Positions 1 to 14,666 of a DNA stretch of 64,000 bases are shown here, piece after piece. Source of the stretch: Owenia fusiformis (lineage: Eukaryota); the NCBI GenBank assembly GCA_903813345.2, contig CAIIXF020000001.1, positions 41,106,001 to 41,170,000 on the forward strand. Reading direction: 5' to 3'. A program made the position numbers and the translations under genes. Within the stretch, counting starts at the first letter, position 1. Each line of letters opens with the position of its first letter. The notes under the pieces were generated by a model. That model made no database searches, was not told the DNA's origin, and saw nothing but the letters and a program-made list of their open reading frames with translations.

Positions 1-3000
1 AAGTTATTAGAAGAAATATTAACATGTAATGTCATGTTACCTTTAGTTGAAATGTTAAGCCAACCAGATGAACTAAACCAAATAGTAATTAAGATTCTCT
101 CAGATGACAAGGAACAAAATAAAGAGCAAATTTCCATTGAAAGCAGTGTAAGCACTCTTGAATCAGAACTTCCAACAAATGATAAAGAAGAGGATAGCCT
201 CAGTGTAAAACCTTCACAAGAAAATGTCAATGATATATCTGACACACAAACTATTCCATGTGTCCAACTTAATTCAAAACAAGAGGATGATGCTATTTCC
301 ACTGAGCTTCCTGACAATGTAAAAAACCAACAGTTCAACACACCCAATACTTTAGAGGCAAATGCCACTGAAGGAAACAAAGAATTTGTAACTGATACCT
401 TCAAAAGAAAATATTTGAGCCCTGCAGACCTAAAAGAAAAAGAACAAAATGGTATAACTCAAGGAAAGTCAGTTTCGATGCAACAGAATCAAATCCCTTC
501 AATAAATGTAGAAACAATAAGTAAAAATGTAACTTATAACGACAATGAACAATTGAATGTTGATGAAGCTGAGGATGCAGTTGATGCTCTGGATGCAATA
601 AATGCTCCAGTTGTCCCATCAGTGCCAATGATTCCTATTGGAGCAAGTACACCAGTGCTAGCCACTAACATCCCAATGTCTAGCAGTCCAAAGTCAGATA
701 TCCTTCCTAGTCATGTAGCACGCAAGCCAGTGTTTGACACAGTTTCCTTAAGCAGTAGCGAAGAGAGTTTTGATGCTCAGCATATAGATCCATATATTGG
801 ACCCTCACCCTTTCACAGTCAAAGACCATCTGGCTTGTTCCCAGTTGACTCTACTGAAGGACTCTCATCCCAGGATGCCAGGAGGTCAGTCCTCACATGG
901 AACACTGACATAGCAGAATCAAAGTCCTCTATGCAGGATACCAGTGAAACTAAGGATTTTACACCAAGAGGTAGTCAACAAATCCAAATATACCCTAACT
1001 CAGACTCTGGCTCCCCAGAATCTAGATCTCTTACTAGAATTCCTACCAGTGAGCTAGATAACAGCCCCAGTCCTGATCTCCATTCAGGGGCCCTGAAGTC
1101 TTTCTTCTCAAGCATTGGTATATCTAGCACTGAGGTGATGAATGAATACAGGAGCAAGGGGACCTATGTGCTATACATTATAGAGGTAAATACTTAAGTA
1201 TACAATATAACTACCTTTCTTTCTGGCTTTTAATATTCATGTGTGGTCTATTGCCTCAATAGACTTTTGACAGAGGTCTTGAATTTAAAAGCAGTAATAG
1301 ACCCAATCTTTAGAAAATAAGAAAGCTTTCATGGGATTTTCTGTGTATTAGCATTTCAGGGTTGTCAAGTTCTTGGTACATTTTAAAACATCTTGAGGTG
1401 GGACACATTGTAGGACACATTTTCCACAATTATATAAGTGTCAAATCTATAAGAAAAGATTAACAAAGTCATTCATTCTATTCAGTCTAACTTGAAATGT
1501 CTTATTATTGCAGTACCAGGCCTTCTACTCTAACCCTGAAGGGGCTCCAATATTGTGTAAGCGAATTGTTAGACGAAGATATAGAGAGTTTGTCAACCTA
1601 CAGGAGAGGCTTGAGGGGAAGCCATATTTTAAAAATAGTCTGAAAGGTATTTATTATCCTAAGCACTGTAATGTTCATGTCTGTCTTTCTATGGGCTGTA
1701 TGATGTCATATTGTGATGGATTGAATATCATTAGTGTGGGTTGTCAATTATGTGAAATGCCACATCAGTGCTTTGAGAGTGCATGTGTAGGCTAGTTGAA
1801 ATGTAAGAATGATGCACGCATTATATATTACGACTTACATAACTACTGATTATATGGATTTTTTTCGTTAATTCAAGATAATAGGAAGTATTTACTTTTG
1901 TTGATGACGTCTTTGTCAACTAAATACTCATTATCTCAAAAAATATAATTATTAAACTCCCCCTAAGAGAGATGATACCATTTAATTATATACACTAAAC
2001 TTCTGTAACCATGACACTATTTAATGCATCCTCCCAATGACACAGAAGGCTGAAATTTGAAATACATGCTCTTTATGTTTGCTCAGCCACCTATAGATGT
2101 CATGTCAACCAGGCAATTTTTTTAAATTTTGTTTCATTGTGGAAGTGAAAGCAGACTGATGTCCAGTTTTAAAAAGCTGGAAATGTTCATGAATTTTGTA
2201 TGTTTTAGTGACTTTTTACCCCATTTGAATTGATTAAATGATACCAGAGATGTGGGCATGCAATGCACATGAGGTTTTCTGTATTTTATCATCAAAATAT
2301 CATTGAATACATGTATCCTCATATATAAGCCATAAGAGAAAAATGTACGACAATAGCGGCCTAAAAATATTTTTTTTCAACATTCACCTGGTTTTTCAAA
2401 GTCTATCTGTACTTATGGATGATAACAAATAGGTGAACTTTTACAACCACACGTGAAATTCACGCTTTTCGTTCAGTGTTTAGTGTGTATAGATAAGACA
2501 ACCAGAAAATATCAAACCTAGGACATTCAGATATTATATATAGGCCAACTCTAACACTGTAAATGTGAACTTGAAGTTATATTCCCCGGAAATTTTAATA
2601 TTGTGATCAATTTATTTCAATAATTCTCTTTGAAGGTTAGTAATGGCTGATCAAAAATGTGTGTCAGTACAAGAATATGCACCAAAGCAACTAAGTGCTG
2701 AATTTCAAAACGCCAGTGCAACATTTCACAGGCAAACATGGGGAATGTCTCGATTTTAGCGTTTACCCACTTGTGCCAATGAGTGCCAATTGTAGAGCAC
2801 CACGCAGAGGAGCACATATTTCAAATCCAGCCTGCAGTGTAAATATCTATCATTGGGTGCTTCCCATATCATACTAAACTAATATCATCTCAAAATCATT
2901 ATTGTAAAAATATGCTGTTACTTCATTTCGATGTTGCAAATAAGGCATTCTTGGCAAGAAAAATTGCCATACATGTCGGGAATTTTGACTTATTTCATAT

Positions 3001-6000
3001 ATGGGCGCTTATAAGAATGGTCTAAAGGAGGTATTTAGAATTTTCTTACCGCTAACTACAGAAAATATGGTAGTTTTGTGACTATGTTATAGATGTTAAA
3101 GGTCCTTCGAGGTGGGCATCAATGCCATTTGGAAAGATGGATCAAAGAAGTGTAGAAGGCAGAAGAAAGAAGCTAGAAAAATACCTACAGGTAGGAACCA
3201 CAGACAATATCTCTTGCCTCCCTAAACATGAGTTCTATTCCATTTGTCATTTTCAGTACTGAAATTGAGAAGCCCAGTTCTATGATGAATGTTACAGTTC
3301 TGTCAACCAGTTGATAATCAATTTCCAGGATTTGACAAAATCATTTTTCCAGTTTTGAAAAAAATTCTTAGCAATAAGAGACTTGATGAAGACTTAAGTA
3401 GCTATAGATATACTGTACCTCCTAATAAGAATGTCACTTAAAAAAGTTTCAATATTTTCTATCAATAAATGATATACCAAAATAGTTAAATTAACACTAG
3501 TACTGTAACTGACAATGATCAACTTCAATGAGGTCATGAAAGAACCTTAAAATTCTATGATTCTGTCATGAATATTGCTCAAAAAGGTATTACATTGTTT
3601 AGACTTGTTTTTGTGAAAGCATTATTCTTTGTAGACTATTGCTGAGAAAGAGGATTTGGGGTCTTGTGAAGACTTCAAGGAGTTTCTCGCATATGAGGGT
3701 GGGGCAAACATAGCATTTGTGAAGCGAGCACAGGAGATTTCTGTACCCAGAATTGACAAGGTAATAAGTTTAAAGGTATATTTCTTGCCAGACCATTTCC
3801 GTTTATTGATAGCTATAATCATATATAATGTCCATAATTAGCAAAACACAGGAAAATGTTTTAATATTGATCATTTGAAAATGTGATGCTCGTTTCCAGT
3901 AAGCTGCCATCTTTTATAATTTAAGATTTCACTTCCTCTTTGTTCATGAAGAACATTTTCATATTCATTGTATAATTTGCTTAGTTGATTTTCCAAAAGA
4001 TGACACCCTGATCACTTCATCCTATTCATGGCTTAGGATGTAGTTTAATTGGTATCATTCAGAAAAAAATCAGGAAAATCACAATTCAACCTCACAAAAT
4101 CATATGTATCACTCTTAATGAATAAACAATAAAATACAATACAATGCAATGTTATACAATGCAGTACAATACTATACAATAAGTAAGCTGATGTCCATGT
4201 TTTATGATCTGAAATAACTGTCATTGTAAGTCATATCCTTAGTTGATATAAAAGATATGTTCACCGTAAAACTTTGGAACAATATGATGTTATTTCAGAT
4301 GTTTACAAAGACAGTTTCCGGAGTATTTGATAGAATCACCACAGCATTACCCAGCATGCCACAGGATAGCTTGACCAAAGTGATTTCCAGAGACCGAAGA
4401 AAAAATCGGAAAACTAAAGAAATTGATAGAGGCTTTGATGTTGATGATATATTTGTTGATTATGAGTTTGAAGATGAAGAGGAAGAACAAGAGGTAAGTA
4501 CCCATAATGCACTGCTCATGTTTTTGCGATGGGTCCTATACTATACATTTGTGACAAGGCAGTTGTAATCTTGTGTTGGACCATCATTTTATCTGCATGT
4601 AAAGATGATTCTCACAAATAATTTATTATCCCATCGAACGAAGTTGGGAGGGATATAGGGAACGCCTCCGTCCGTCCGTCCGTCCGTCCGTCCGTCCGAG
4701 CAATAACTCAAATACCGTTGGCCCGATTTTGTTCATATTTTGTACACATATACCCTATGGGAATAGAAGTTCTGCTCGAAAGCTGATTTTCAAAATGGCC
4801 GGTCATTTCAAAATGGCGGCCATTTTAGTGCCGATTTTACAGTAATTTAGGTGCAATATGTAAAACTGTAATAGCAATATGTTTTAAGTGAAAAAAATTA
4901 TAAAGGATATTAATAAAGCTACAAATGTAGATATTAAAAAAGCACATGGCAGCCATCTTGAAAAATGGCGGCCTTTACTCGTTATTTTACTATTTTTGCT
5001 ATAACTCAAAAAGTAGTGGAGCGATTTTGTTCATATTTGGTATGTGAATACTATAAACATTGCACACTGTCTAAAGACACTTTTGGTAGAAGGCGGCCAT
5101 TTTGAAAAATGGCCGCCATTTTAACGTATTTTACTATAACTCGAAAAGTAGTGGAGCGATTTTGTTCATATTTGGTATGTGAATACTATAAGCATGGCAC
5201 ACTGTCCTATGACACTTTTGGTAGAAGGCGGCCATTTTGAAAAAAAATTTGAAAAATGGCAGCCATTTTAACGTATTTTACTTGAAAAGTAGTGGAGCGA
5301 TTTTGTTCATATTTGGTATGTGAATACTATAAGCATGGCACACTGTCCTACGACACTTTTGGTACAAGGCAGCCATTTTGAAAAAATTTTGAAAAATGGC
5401 CGCCATTTTAACGTATTTTACTATAACTCGAAAAGTAGGGAAGCAATTTTGTTCATAATTGGTATGTGAATACTATAAGCATGGCACACTGTCCTAATAC
5501 ACTTTTGGTAGAAGGCGGCCATTTTGAAAAAATTTTGAAAAATGGCCACCATTTTAACGTATTTTACTATAACTCGAAAAGTAGTGAAGCAATTTTGTTC
5601 ATATTTGGTATGTGAATACTATAAGAATGTCACATTGTCTAATGACACTTTTGGTAGAAGGTAGCCATTTTGAAAAATGGCAGCCATTTTAACGTATTTT
5701 ACTATAACTCGAAAAGTAGTGGAGTGATTTTGTTTATATTTGGTATGTGAATACTTAAAGCATGGCACACTGTCTAATGACACTTTTGGTAGAAGGTGGC
5801 CATTTTTAAAAATGGCCCTATGTAGCTATAACTTGAAAAGTAGTTAAGCGATTTTGTTCATATTTGGTATGTTTCATATTTTATATGTGAATACTATAAG
5901 CATGGCACACTGTCTAATGACACTTTGGGTAGTAGGTGGCCATTTTGAAAAATGACCACCATTTTTACGGTTTTTACTATAACTTGAAAAGTAGTGAAGC

Positions 6001-9000
6001 GATTTTGTTCATATTTGATATGTGAATACTCATGAGCCTTGCACATTGTCTCATGACACTTCGGATAGTAGGCGGCCATTTTAAAAAATGGCTGTCATTT
6101 TTACATTTTTTGCTATAACTCGAAAAGAAGTGGAGCGATTTTGTTCATATTTGATATGTGAATACTCTAAGCATGGCACATTGTCTAATAAAACTTTGGG
6201 GAGTAGTCGGCCATTTTGAAAAATGGCCACCATTTTTATGTGTGTTATTTCACAAGTACATGTGTGCGATTTTTCAAAAATTTTATAGATGGCTACTAAA
6301 AGCATATTATTTCTTCTGATGACAACTTGGCTAGTGAGCAACCATTTTGAAAATGGTGGCCTTTCTGGTGTGTTGTTTTATGATATTTGCTACATATTTC
6401 GTTTGTAAAAATGCCAGCCATTTCTGTTCGATGGGATTCGCTACGCTTTGGCGTTGCCGTTGTTCTGGTTGATCATGTTGCTAAGAAACAAAATGTATTA
6501 AATTGTCACTAACCAATATGAGATGGTTGTAAAATGCTTCACAATATAATGTTACTTTAAGCGATTGTGACTTGTTAATTAATGCCGTGGTCACATTTGC
6601 TCCGATTTTTACTACAGCGCCCAGCCGATTGAGTTGAATACAACATTGAATACAATATTGAACAAAACACTCAATCAGCCGGGCGCCGGCCAATGGATCG
6701 GAGCAAATGTGATCCAGGCATTACAAGGTAAAAGATGAAGAATGTTTTATGGAATAAGCTGATGCCAATTGACCTATCACACCAATGTGGGCCATTTGGA
6801 TAATAAACATTTACTTGCCCCCTTCCCCATATGTTATTATCGGTTATTTCTGTTTGTTGATGTACATGTATTTTCATTTGAAAATTGTTTAAAGGTGACG
6901 TTGGTGTCTTATCATTTTGAATCCAATGTACCTTGTAGGAGAACATAGAGGAAAGTGCAATACTGGGCACAATGCAGAGATTTATACAGCAGAGTACCAT
7001 CCATAAACAAGAAGAACACATTGGGGTTGATACACCTGAGCTCTCCAGCATTAGTGATGACTTTGAGGAATGCATAGATGATGAACTTCCCCTCCTAGCA
7101 AGAAGATCTGAGGGCGATGGCTGTGATGGCATTACCAGTCATCAAGGTAACCTTTGCCAGAGTTTGATTTGTCTCCACTCTTCAAATTAGTGACAATTTT
7201 AAACATTTTGCCTATATTTAGGTAGACTATATATGTAATGAGAAAATTCCATTTTCTGCAATTACGGGATTTAAGTAACTCGCATTCATTTTGCATTCAA
7301 ATCATATTAATGATCATTAAAGCCACATTTCAGCCTCAAAACTGTAATAACAATGGCAATAATCATATTCAGAAGGTAACTTGGCTAGCTGATTAGACTA
7401 TTCAGCATGTCTTTGGGATGCAAATATCTAAATGCAGAGAGCATCATGTCCATCATGTTATAATTGAGTAGAAATACTATTTTAAAAATGAGTCACTTTA
7501 TTGAAAAGCTTGTGGAGGAGGTGTAAAGAGACTTACATAAGTATGTTATATTAAGTTGTATAAGAGTTAGTTTTAATGAATGCATGAGTAATGTGCATTC
7601 AATACCAATGGCCTTCAGGACTGTCAATAGATGGCGAAAAATCAGGTTAAATAGCATACTTTAAAATGTAAAAAAAATGTCGAAAAATCTCCCAAGATAA
7701 ATTTTATGTATAATATCCAAAACTTCTAATTTTGAATCTTAAAACATGTTTGTAAATAATGATGAAGGAAAATATGATATTTATTTGATGTGTGTAGTGA
7801 ATTTTAAGTTTCAAAACAGCAATATTTACACACAAACCAATGGGCCAGTTGTGGAGACCAACCTAGTAGTTAACTGCTATCTATACAAGTCCTGACTCCC
7901 ATTGTAGACAATTCTAATAACATTTTAAAATAATAGTTATAGCATCCAATTAGAAGTATACAATTTCATTCTTTCACCTGATGGTGATGCTATTACAATG
8001 TACATGTATCCAGAATTGGTCTTTGCACTTCTCCCTTGTCTCCTGACCCTCTAACAGATGGGTCATGACAGATTGAGTGTGCATAAGGGCTTGGTGCAAG
8101 ACTTCTTTAATTGTTTTCATTTCCCAAAAATTATTGTAAGTACCTCAATTGAAATACTTGATTCTGATTGGTTCAAGTGTGGTCAGATGTCTTGACTATC
8201 AACCTCACAAAGAATTGCCTGTTGAGAGTATTTCAGGATAATGTCATAATATCGACAGAAAAGTTGACGGAATATGAACACAAGTGTAATTAAGTTTGAT
8301 CAAAAGCCTTACTTTATATTTTCTCCAAACACAACAATTGCAGACCTCTCCATTCAGTTGACTGCCCACAAGTTTTAACATCTGGATACAATCATGTCAA
8401 TTGTTTCATTCTGTACATATTTCAGATGCGACGAAGACTGTTGACAGGGATATACCTTTAGCCTCCTCTCTACTGAACCTTGCAGTGCAGACATCCCTTG
8501 GCAATGATGCTTGGGTGTGTAGGGAAAACATCATAAAGTCTTTGAAGGCCCTTCTTGGAAAAGCTATCAATTGGTATTCATGATTACAATATCAATATGT
8601 AAAACATGATGTACATTGGTTCTTAATTGAAAGTATTATGTCATATTTATTGCTTTATTTCATGGAAAGTTAACTAGTGAATGAATAATGATCATGGCAG
8701 ATGTAAACATAAATTAACAAAAGAGAGATTGGTAAGCTTGGCAGTAATAAATGAAACAAATATTTTATTTTATCTTTGGTGAAAACATGTGGGGTTTTCA
8801 CAAGGTGATGTTCCAAAAGTGAAAGATGCACAGTAGAGGTATTTGTCTCAATGGAATGAAATATTTGTATATTATTCCACACTTGCTAATATTTTTTGAT
8901 GGTTATCCTGATGATAAGAATGGGTTCATTAGATATATCAGATATCACACACACATTCAAAGATACACAAATATAAAAGTATATGTTTGATGGACACTAT

Positions 9001-10016
9001 TGATTTTTTTATAAATTCTAATGATATTGAATCCTTTTCTAGTTGGTTTCAAGGTGAGCTAAAAGATTTGACGTCTAAAGAAAGATGTGCGTACTATATT
9101 TGGTTGCTAAGGGACACACTCTGGCCTAATGGTTGCCTAGCAACTGAGTCTGCCCCTGAGAGAACCCAGCAAGAAAGAGAACAAACTGTACTTGACACAA
9201 GAAAATGTTTAGTGGAATTTTTTCCAAGTGAGTGTCATTAATTTTCTCAAACATTTTATATTTCTGTATAATTCAATATAGAACACTTACATGTATTTTA
9301 ACATAGGGTCTTAACTTAAGATTTATGTTTTGGTTTTATTAATGTAACCCACCAAGTTAGTTACCTGACTCACTTGCTTCAGTGCTCAGAACTGGAATGA
9401 AAGATACTGTAGTGTGTCAAATTCAGCTGAGACATGTTCGAGTAAGAATGAAAACTACCAATGGTCGAGTGTGTATGTACAATGTCCTCGGTGGGATATA
9501 CATTATTTGAGCCAAATGAACTTAAAGGCAGAATCAGACCACGCAATGTAATCTTTGATAAATATGAAAAAAATATTTAGAAACAGCATCTTATGTTAAC
9601 TCTACTTTCAGATTTTATTCCTGCTATAGTTGGTGATAATGACTTCCAGTACTGTGTTGACCAAGTATTGAACTCCCTGCAACATGACAAGCTGAACAGG
9701 TAAGTTCTTTACATTCAGTGTACATCATTATTTAATTTATAACTCATTGAAGTGATAACATAACGAGCATGCATGGGTGTAGCCAGGGGAGGGGTGTGAT
9801 GGGTGATGCAAACCCACAAATCGCACCCCCCTTGACAATTGCTGGCTACACCCCTGTCATATCAAAAAGAAAATAAACATGTAATTTAGGCTTCATTAAT
9901 TGTGTTCTAGGCATTTTGTTTACTGTCTGCTCGACATACTTGTGGAAGAGGTGTTCCCTGAGATCAGTACTATTCAACTACAAAAGGCAATGCTTCAACA
10001 ATCTAAATCTAAATGA
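1..10016 (+). CDS. SNX19: Sorting nexin-19-like (PXA C-terminus, PX, Nexin_C/PXC); 5'-partial, 10 exons
   Basis: Phase-compatible GT-AG exons: <1-1185, 1514-1646, 3093-3190, 3635-3760, 4299-4493, 6939-7146, 8426-8573, 9043-9227, 9612-9699, 9911-10016 (TGA 10014-16). Translation gives PXA end LLEEILTCNVMLPLVEMLSQPDELNQ; PX domain RRRYREFVNLQERLE..DVKGPSRWASMPFGKMD..VEGRRKKLEKYLQ..EDFKEFLAYEGGANIAFVKR..RIDKM, close to the recalled vertebrate SNX19 pattern VKGP..LPFGNMD..IAFVKK..RIDKM; PXC LRDTLWPNG and LNRHFVYCLLDILVEEVFPE. No RGS domain. Confidence 0.9.
4626..6470 (+). mobile_element. Non-autonomous Helentron/HINE (DINE-1/pearl-like) element with internal ~135-146 bp tandem array, in SNX19 intron
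   Basis: 5' subTIR ATCCCATCGAAC (4628-4639) with adjacent imperfect IR, (TCCG)n microsatellite ~4667-4698, about 9 tandem units (ctataactcgaaaagtagtggagcgattttgttcatatttgg...) ~5000-6250, 3' subTIR GTTCGATGGGAT (6426-6437), short hairpin, T-rich end. Confidence 0.75.
9772..9856. mobile_element. Short degenerate CAG-ended GC-rich MITE
   Basis: catgggtgtagccag...ctggctacacccctg termini, similar to other copies in the window; TSD degenerate. Confidence 0.5.
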
Positions 10017-10793
10017 ACAGTAATGACGATTATGACATAAAGAGCATACTAGTATTTAATCTATTTTACATCCTTAAAAAAGCTAGAAAGAAATGAAAAG
10101 GTGGACAGTTTTTTGGGCTTACAACTTGCAATGTATAATACATAGAAGTTTTGTTGCAAGCGTATGGTGATTTCTAGAAACATTGAGTGGGACTACAACA
10201 GTTGAAATGAACAAACATGATGGAATAGGAAGAAATATGGACACGTATGATGTGAATTCACTGAATAAATGTGAATACATTTTCTTGTCAAAAATATGGG
10301 GGCCTTAATAGGAGTGGACATTTTAGATCTACCGGTAAATGTCAATTATGACTCAGAATCAATAAATAGATAATATACCTTGTATGACGTATTCTTTGAC
10401 AAATATTGATTGTTTGTTAGAGCTTCCTGTACAGAAAGAATGACTCGAACAACATAAATATTTCTAAATGACTGATAATGACTTAATACTTAATTTAGAT
10501 GTTGCGAAACCAAGGTTTCCTGTGATTAGATGGCTCAATAATAACGGAAGTCACAAATAGTAGTAATTCTCACCTCAATAACCAAATACGCTTATCAATG
10601 TACTGAAGTAAGTATTAGTAAATAATTTTTCAAAATCTCTATACCATTTTTTACACATGTAGTAGTTATGAATAAAACCCAGCTGCTTTCAATCTTCAAA
10701 TAACAGAATTATACTCTTACATATAGCACCTAATAAACTAGATTGATGTTTCAATTATCTGTCTAAGATGCCAATTTTGATCTAAAAAGTGCA

Positions 10794-11240
10794 AGGTCCA
10801 TGTGCAGTATGGCAAGTGATTTTAGATGGTCATATCTTTCACCATGGGTACTTTCTGGCCATCTATACAGTGTTTTTTCAAAGCAATATGTTTTCTTTCA
10901 AGTGGAGTCCACATGATAGTAATATCAATCCAACTCTCTGAAAAATCATGGATTAGGACCCCACCTTGGCACTTTTAAAAATTTTAGGTTCATTTTCTAA
11001 GAAGAGGATCTTGTTTTTCTCAATTTAAACATAACGAATTTTCTTCTACATTGTATTAACAATTTATGAAAAGAGGATTGGTATTGAAATGCGATAAAGT
11101 TAAAAACCAAATATCCCATGTTATTTTCCCATAGGGAAAACTCGTGCTATCCATGTTTTCAGCATAACTTTGGTCATCAAAAATCGATATCTTCAAAACT
11201 AGACTTTCAATACCATTCTACTTTTGAAGAAGTTTTTGAC
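10794..11240 (+). repeat. Dispersed DNA-transposon-like repeat (AGGTCCATGTGCAGTA family)
   Basis: Clearly similar over ~330 bp to 43654-44005; related pieces at ~34795-34895 and, reverse-complemented, ~36215-36290. Confidence 0.7.
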
Positions 11241-12850
11241 ACCCTGTTGAATACTGTACCCCTGGTTAATTTTGTGAGTTTTCATTTCGCAAATTTTGAG
11301 AATAACACGATTTTGCGCCTATTAAATTTCGCGAATTTCACTTAGTACACCTACTACTATGTCATCTTGGTCAACGACTCGCTACACCTCAACTTCTCTT
11401 ACATCGTAATTTTACATGTTACAAAACACCAAATGCAGTTGAGTCCCAGGTAATAAAAAATTCTCGAATCCCCGGGGATTTAAATGACAATTTCGCGAAG
11501 ATTAAATTTCACGGCGAAACTAAATCGCACATGAAAAATACCGAGAGTACAGTAATCTTTTCATGCGATAAAAACCAGAAAAAGAAGGACGTCTTGGTTC
11601 AACATTTTGAAAAAATGTTGTTATTGGGTTCCTATTAACCCCCTCCTCCCCCCCCCCAGCTACGTGCATGAAAGGTCTATATACATAAACAAAGTATGAT
11701 TGCCTTAAATAATCAGTCTATCCAATTTCTACTCTTGATAATGATAACAGTACATTTTGTATATCATATAGACTATGATGCACCTGTACAGTATTAATAA
11801 CAAATTTCAATAGATCGTTCAGATAAATCCTTCCACCTGACTAAATTGATGATGTCATTGGTTGTAGGTAGAAATCTGACCATGCAAAAACAAGATTAAT
11901 GTATTGGTAATTTTAGAAAATACAACCTATGATATCATCAAGCTAGCCAATATATTGTTTTATTACCACCTTGCCGGGCCAGTTCTAGGGGTTTTAGTGC
12001 TTGTTTAGAAGGCATTCATTTTACTATATCAACCTGAGCAATATGTGACGTCATAGTGGTGGTCCATAATGCCGGTCAATAATGCAATTAATGACCGACA
12101 ATTTTCCCCGGGGAAATTAGATATCGTTCAGTGCGTAAGATTTTCTTGCTATTTCAGCCCTGGTCATTAACAGTGGTAATAATACTAATAATTAAAGGGT
12201 CGAAATGTTTGCCTCACCAATGATTTTTTGCCTCATTGATAAAAAAATTGCCTCACTGCACCCCTCATGAAATCCTAGCTTTTGGCCTCATTGACAGGAA
12301 AAATTTGCCTCATTGATAAAAAGTGCCTCACTGCACTCCCCTTTTAAAATCCTAGTTTTTTGCCTATAAGAAATCCCTTAATAGCCGTGGCAGGGAATAG
12401 TTTTACATTCACATAATCTACTGTGTAGCAGGTTTAGTCAGCTACATGTACTTGAACTTGATCTTCTGTCTGATATACAAATGATTTACTGTGGGCGTGT
12501 AGTCACGCGGTAGTATCTCTTCGGGACGTATCGAAACCACTCCGTCCCGAAAAACCGTTAATTTGAATTTAAAACCTACCCCAGTGTTTGAAAATCAAGG
12601 ATTGTGAGTCTCACACTTCACCGTTTTTCTTCAAACTTGTTCCGTACAAAGCTTCACAGAAATACCTTTCAGTCAATACATTGTTTTCGTGTACATAGTA
12701 CCTCGTTTTAGCGGCGTTATGGTCCCCAGCTGTGAGATAAAGCAAATTTTCATAACTTTCAACTGTAAGTCAAGTTATCTCGCCAGTCTTTTACCCATTC
12801 TCGCCCATAATTTCAGAATGGACTCCCATTACAACCTTCCATCGCTACGT

Positions 12851-14204
12851 TTTGATTTTTGGGCATCAAACGCAGCAGTTTCTAAATCATCCACACATCT
12901 CTTCAAATTTGACCAATACGTCCCGTCATCTTCCACTACGCCCCGCCGAGTCTATCACTATACACGTAGAGTTGCATTCTAAAACAATTTGTCCATCGAT
13001 GTGTCCGTTTTTTGTAGGTTGCCATTGTCGATTCTAAATACCAATCGGATTGTGTTTTAAGATTTACCCATTCTTGTCCATTTTCAATATACCTATAATA
13101 GGGTGGTCCAAAATCTCCCTAAAATTTAGATTTCCCGATATTGCAATATAGAGATTTTAATTACTGAACAATTGAAAATATTTTTAAGAAACGTTTAAAG
13201 TGTCCTATCCTTGAAAGAATGTCAAAATGCGAAAGGATGGGTGATGTCAATTATATTATTTCAGCAATAACGTTAGAAACATGTATCATTTTATATGGTA
13301 CACGTTTCATAATGTAATCCAATGGAATCATACAGAAGAAAGGTTGACACACAACAGTTAAAATCTTTATATTACATTATCAGACCAAGTCAGTAGATGA
13401 TGTTTATATACCAATTAGTGTTGTATGATGATGCATTCTTTATATGAATCTAGAAACGTTTTTGTGCCAATATTGCTCAATTTTGATAACATCTCCGTTA
13501 TTTTGAAATTAAGCATGGCAAAGTTTCCCGATGGATTTAGCTAAAAAAAGTGGTGCCTGTAGGGTTATTGAAAATCATACATGATGAAGAAAAAATACAT
13601 ATTCCTGAAATACAACAGTTTAATTTTGAGTTATAAACCATTTATGAAAACGGCATATTTGTCAAAATTACCAAAACTTGTGAGAAAAGTGAGACGCGTG
13701 GCAAAATTTCCCGGGGGTCTAGAGTGGAAATATTTGTACCAAGAGTCAATTTGTAACTAGAATCTATCAGATGACAGATTTTTGGAAAATTTTGCAGATT
13801 TGGACAACCCTAACCTATAACTTTGTTGAACCTGAAGATTCCAGATTTTATTGTGTTTCAAACCAGACACTTGGTTTCCTCACAAAATCAAATACAGGAC
13901 AATTACATATAATTAAAGTTAAAAAGCAACATCTTCACAAACATTTAAATTATCAATTTCATGCAATCAGTTATAGTTATACTCCGTATGTATGCTAAAC
14001 TTAAGACTGGTGTTAAGAATCGACCAAGGTAAACCTATGTAAAATTACACAACGATGAACAAAATGTTTTAGAATACAACTCCACGTTTGTAGTCATATA
14101 TACTCGGCGGGGCGTAGTGGAATGTGACGGGACGTATTAGTCAAATTTTAAGAGATGTGTGGATAATTTAGAAACTGCTGCGTTTGATGCCCAAAATCAC
14201 AAAC
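12851..14204. mobile_element. DNA transposon remnant bounded by ~140-bp inverted repeats
   Basis: 12851-12986 is the reverse complement, with few mismatches, of 14065-14204 (e.g. ttccactacgccccgccgagt / actcggcggggcgtagtggaa). True termini and TSD not resolved. Confidence 0.6.
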
Positions 14205-14666
14205 ACTTTGTACGTCATCATTCTGAAGTGAACAGCCAATTAAATTGCAGAATTGTGAATTACATAAATTGTAGGTAACATTAACGTCAGTCTGCAATCT
14301 ATTTTGGAAGCCACAAACTGCATACCATTCTCCGAGTTTTTCCATAGATTGTTGAATTGAGGCTCGATTTATAATGTTATCTCTGTGGTGGAGATTGGTT
14401 ATACAGATATTTGTAGTTCTCCAACATCAAAACACAAGCAACTGATTTATGGTCTTTTATTATTGTTTCATTGACTAGCAGATGCTAGTCTCTCCATTTT
14501 TAGTTTCTCAGCCATACATACAATAACCCAACTCAGTATTTAACAGCAACATTGCCCTCTGACTACTACCCTCTCAATTTAAAGTTTTGATAATCATTTA
14601 ATCTCAACAATCTCAAATTGAGAAGCTTTTCTTGTCTAATTTTTCACATTAAGCCTTGAAGATTTA

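Noticed and set aside
6671..7132. 153-aa minus-strand ORF
   Set aside because: Antisense shadow of SNX19 exon 6939-7146.
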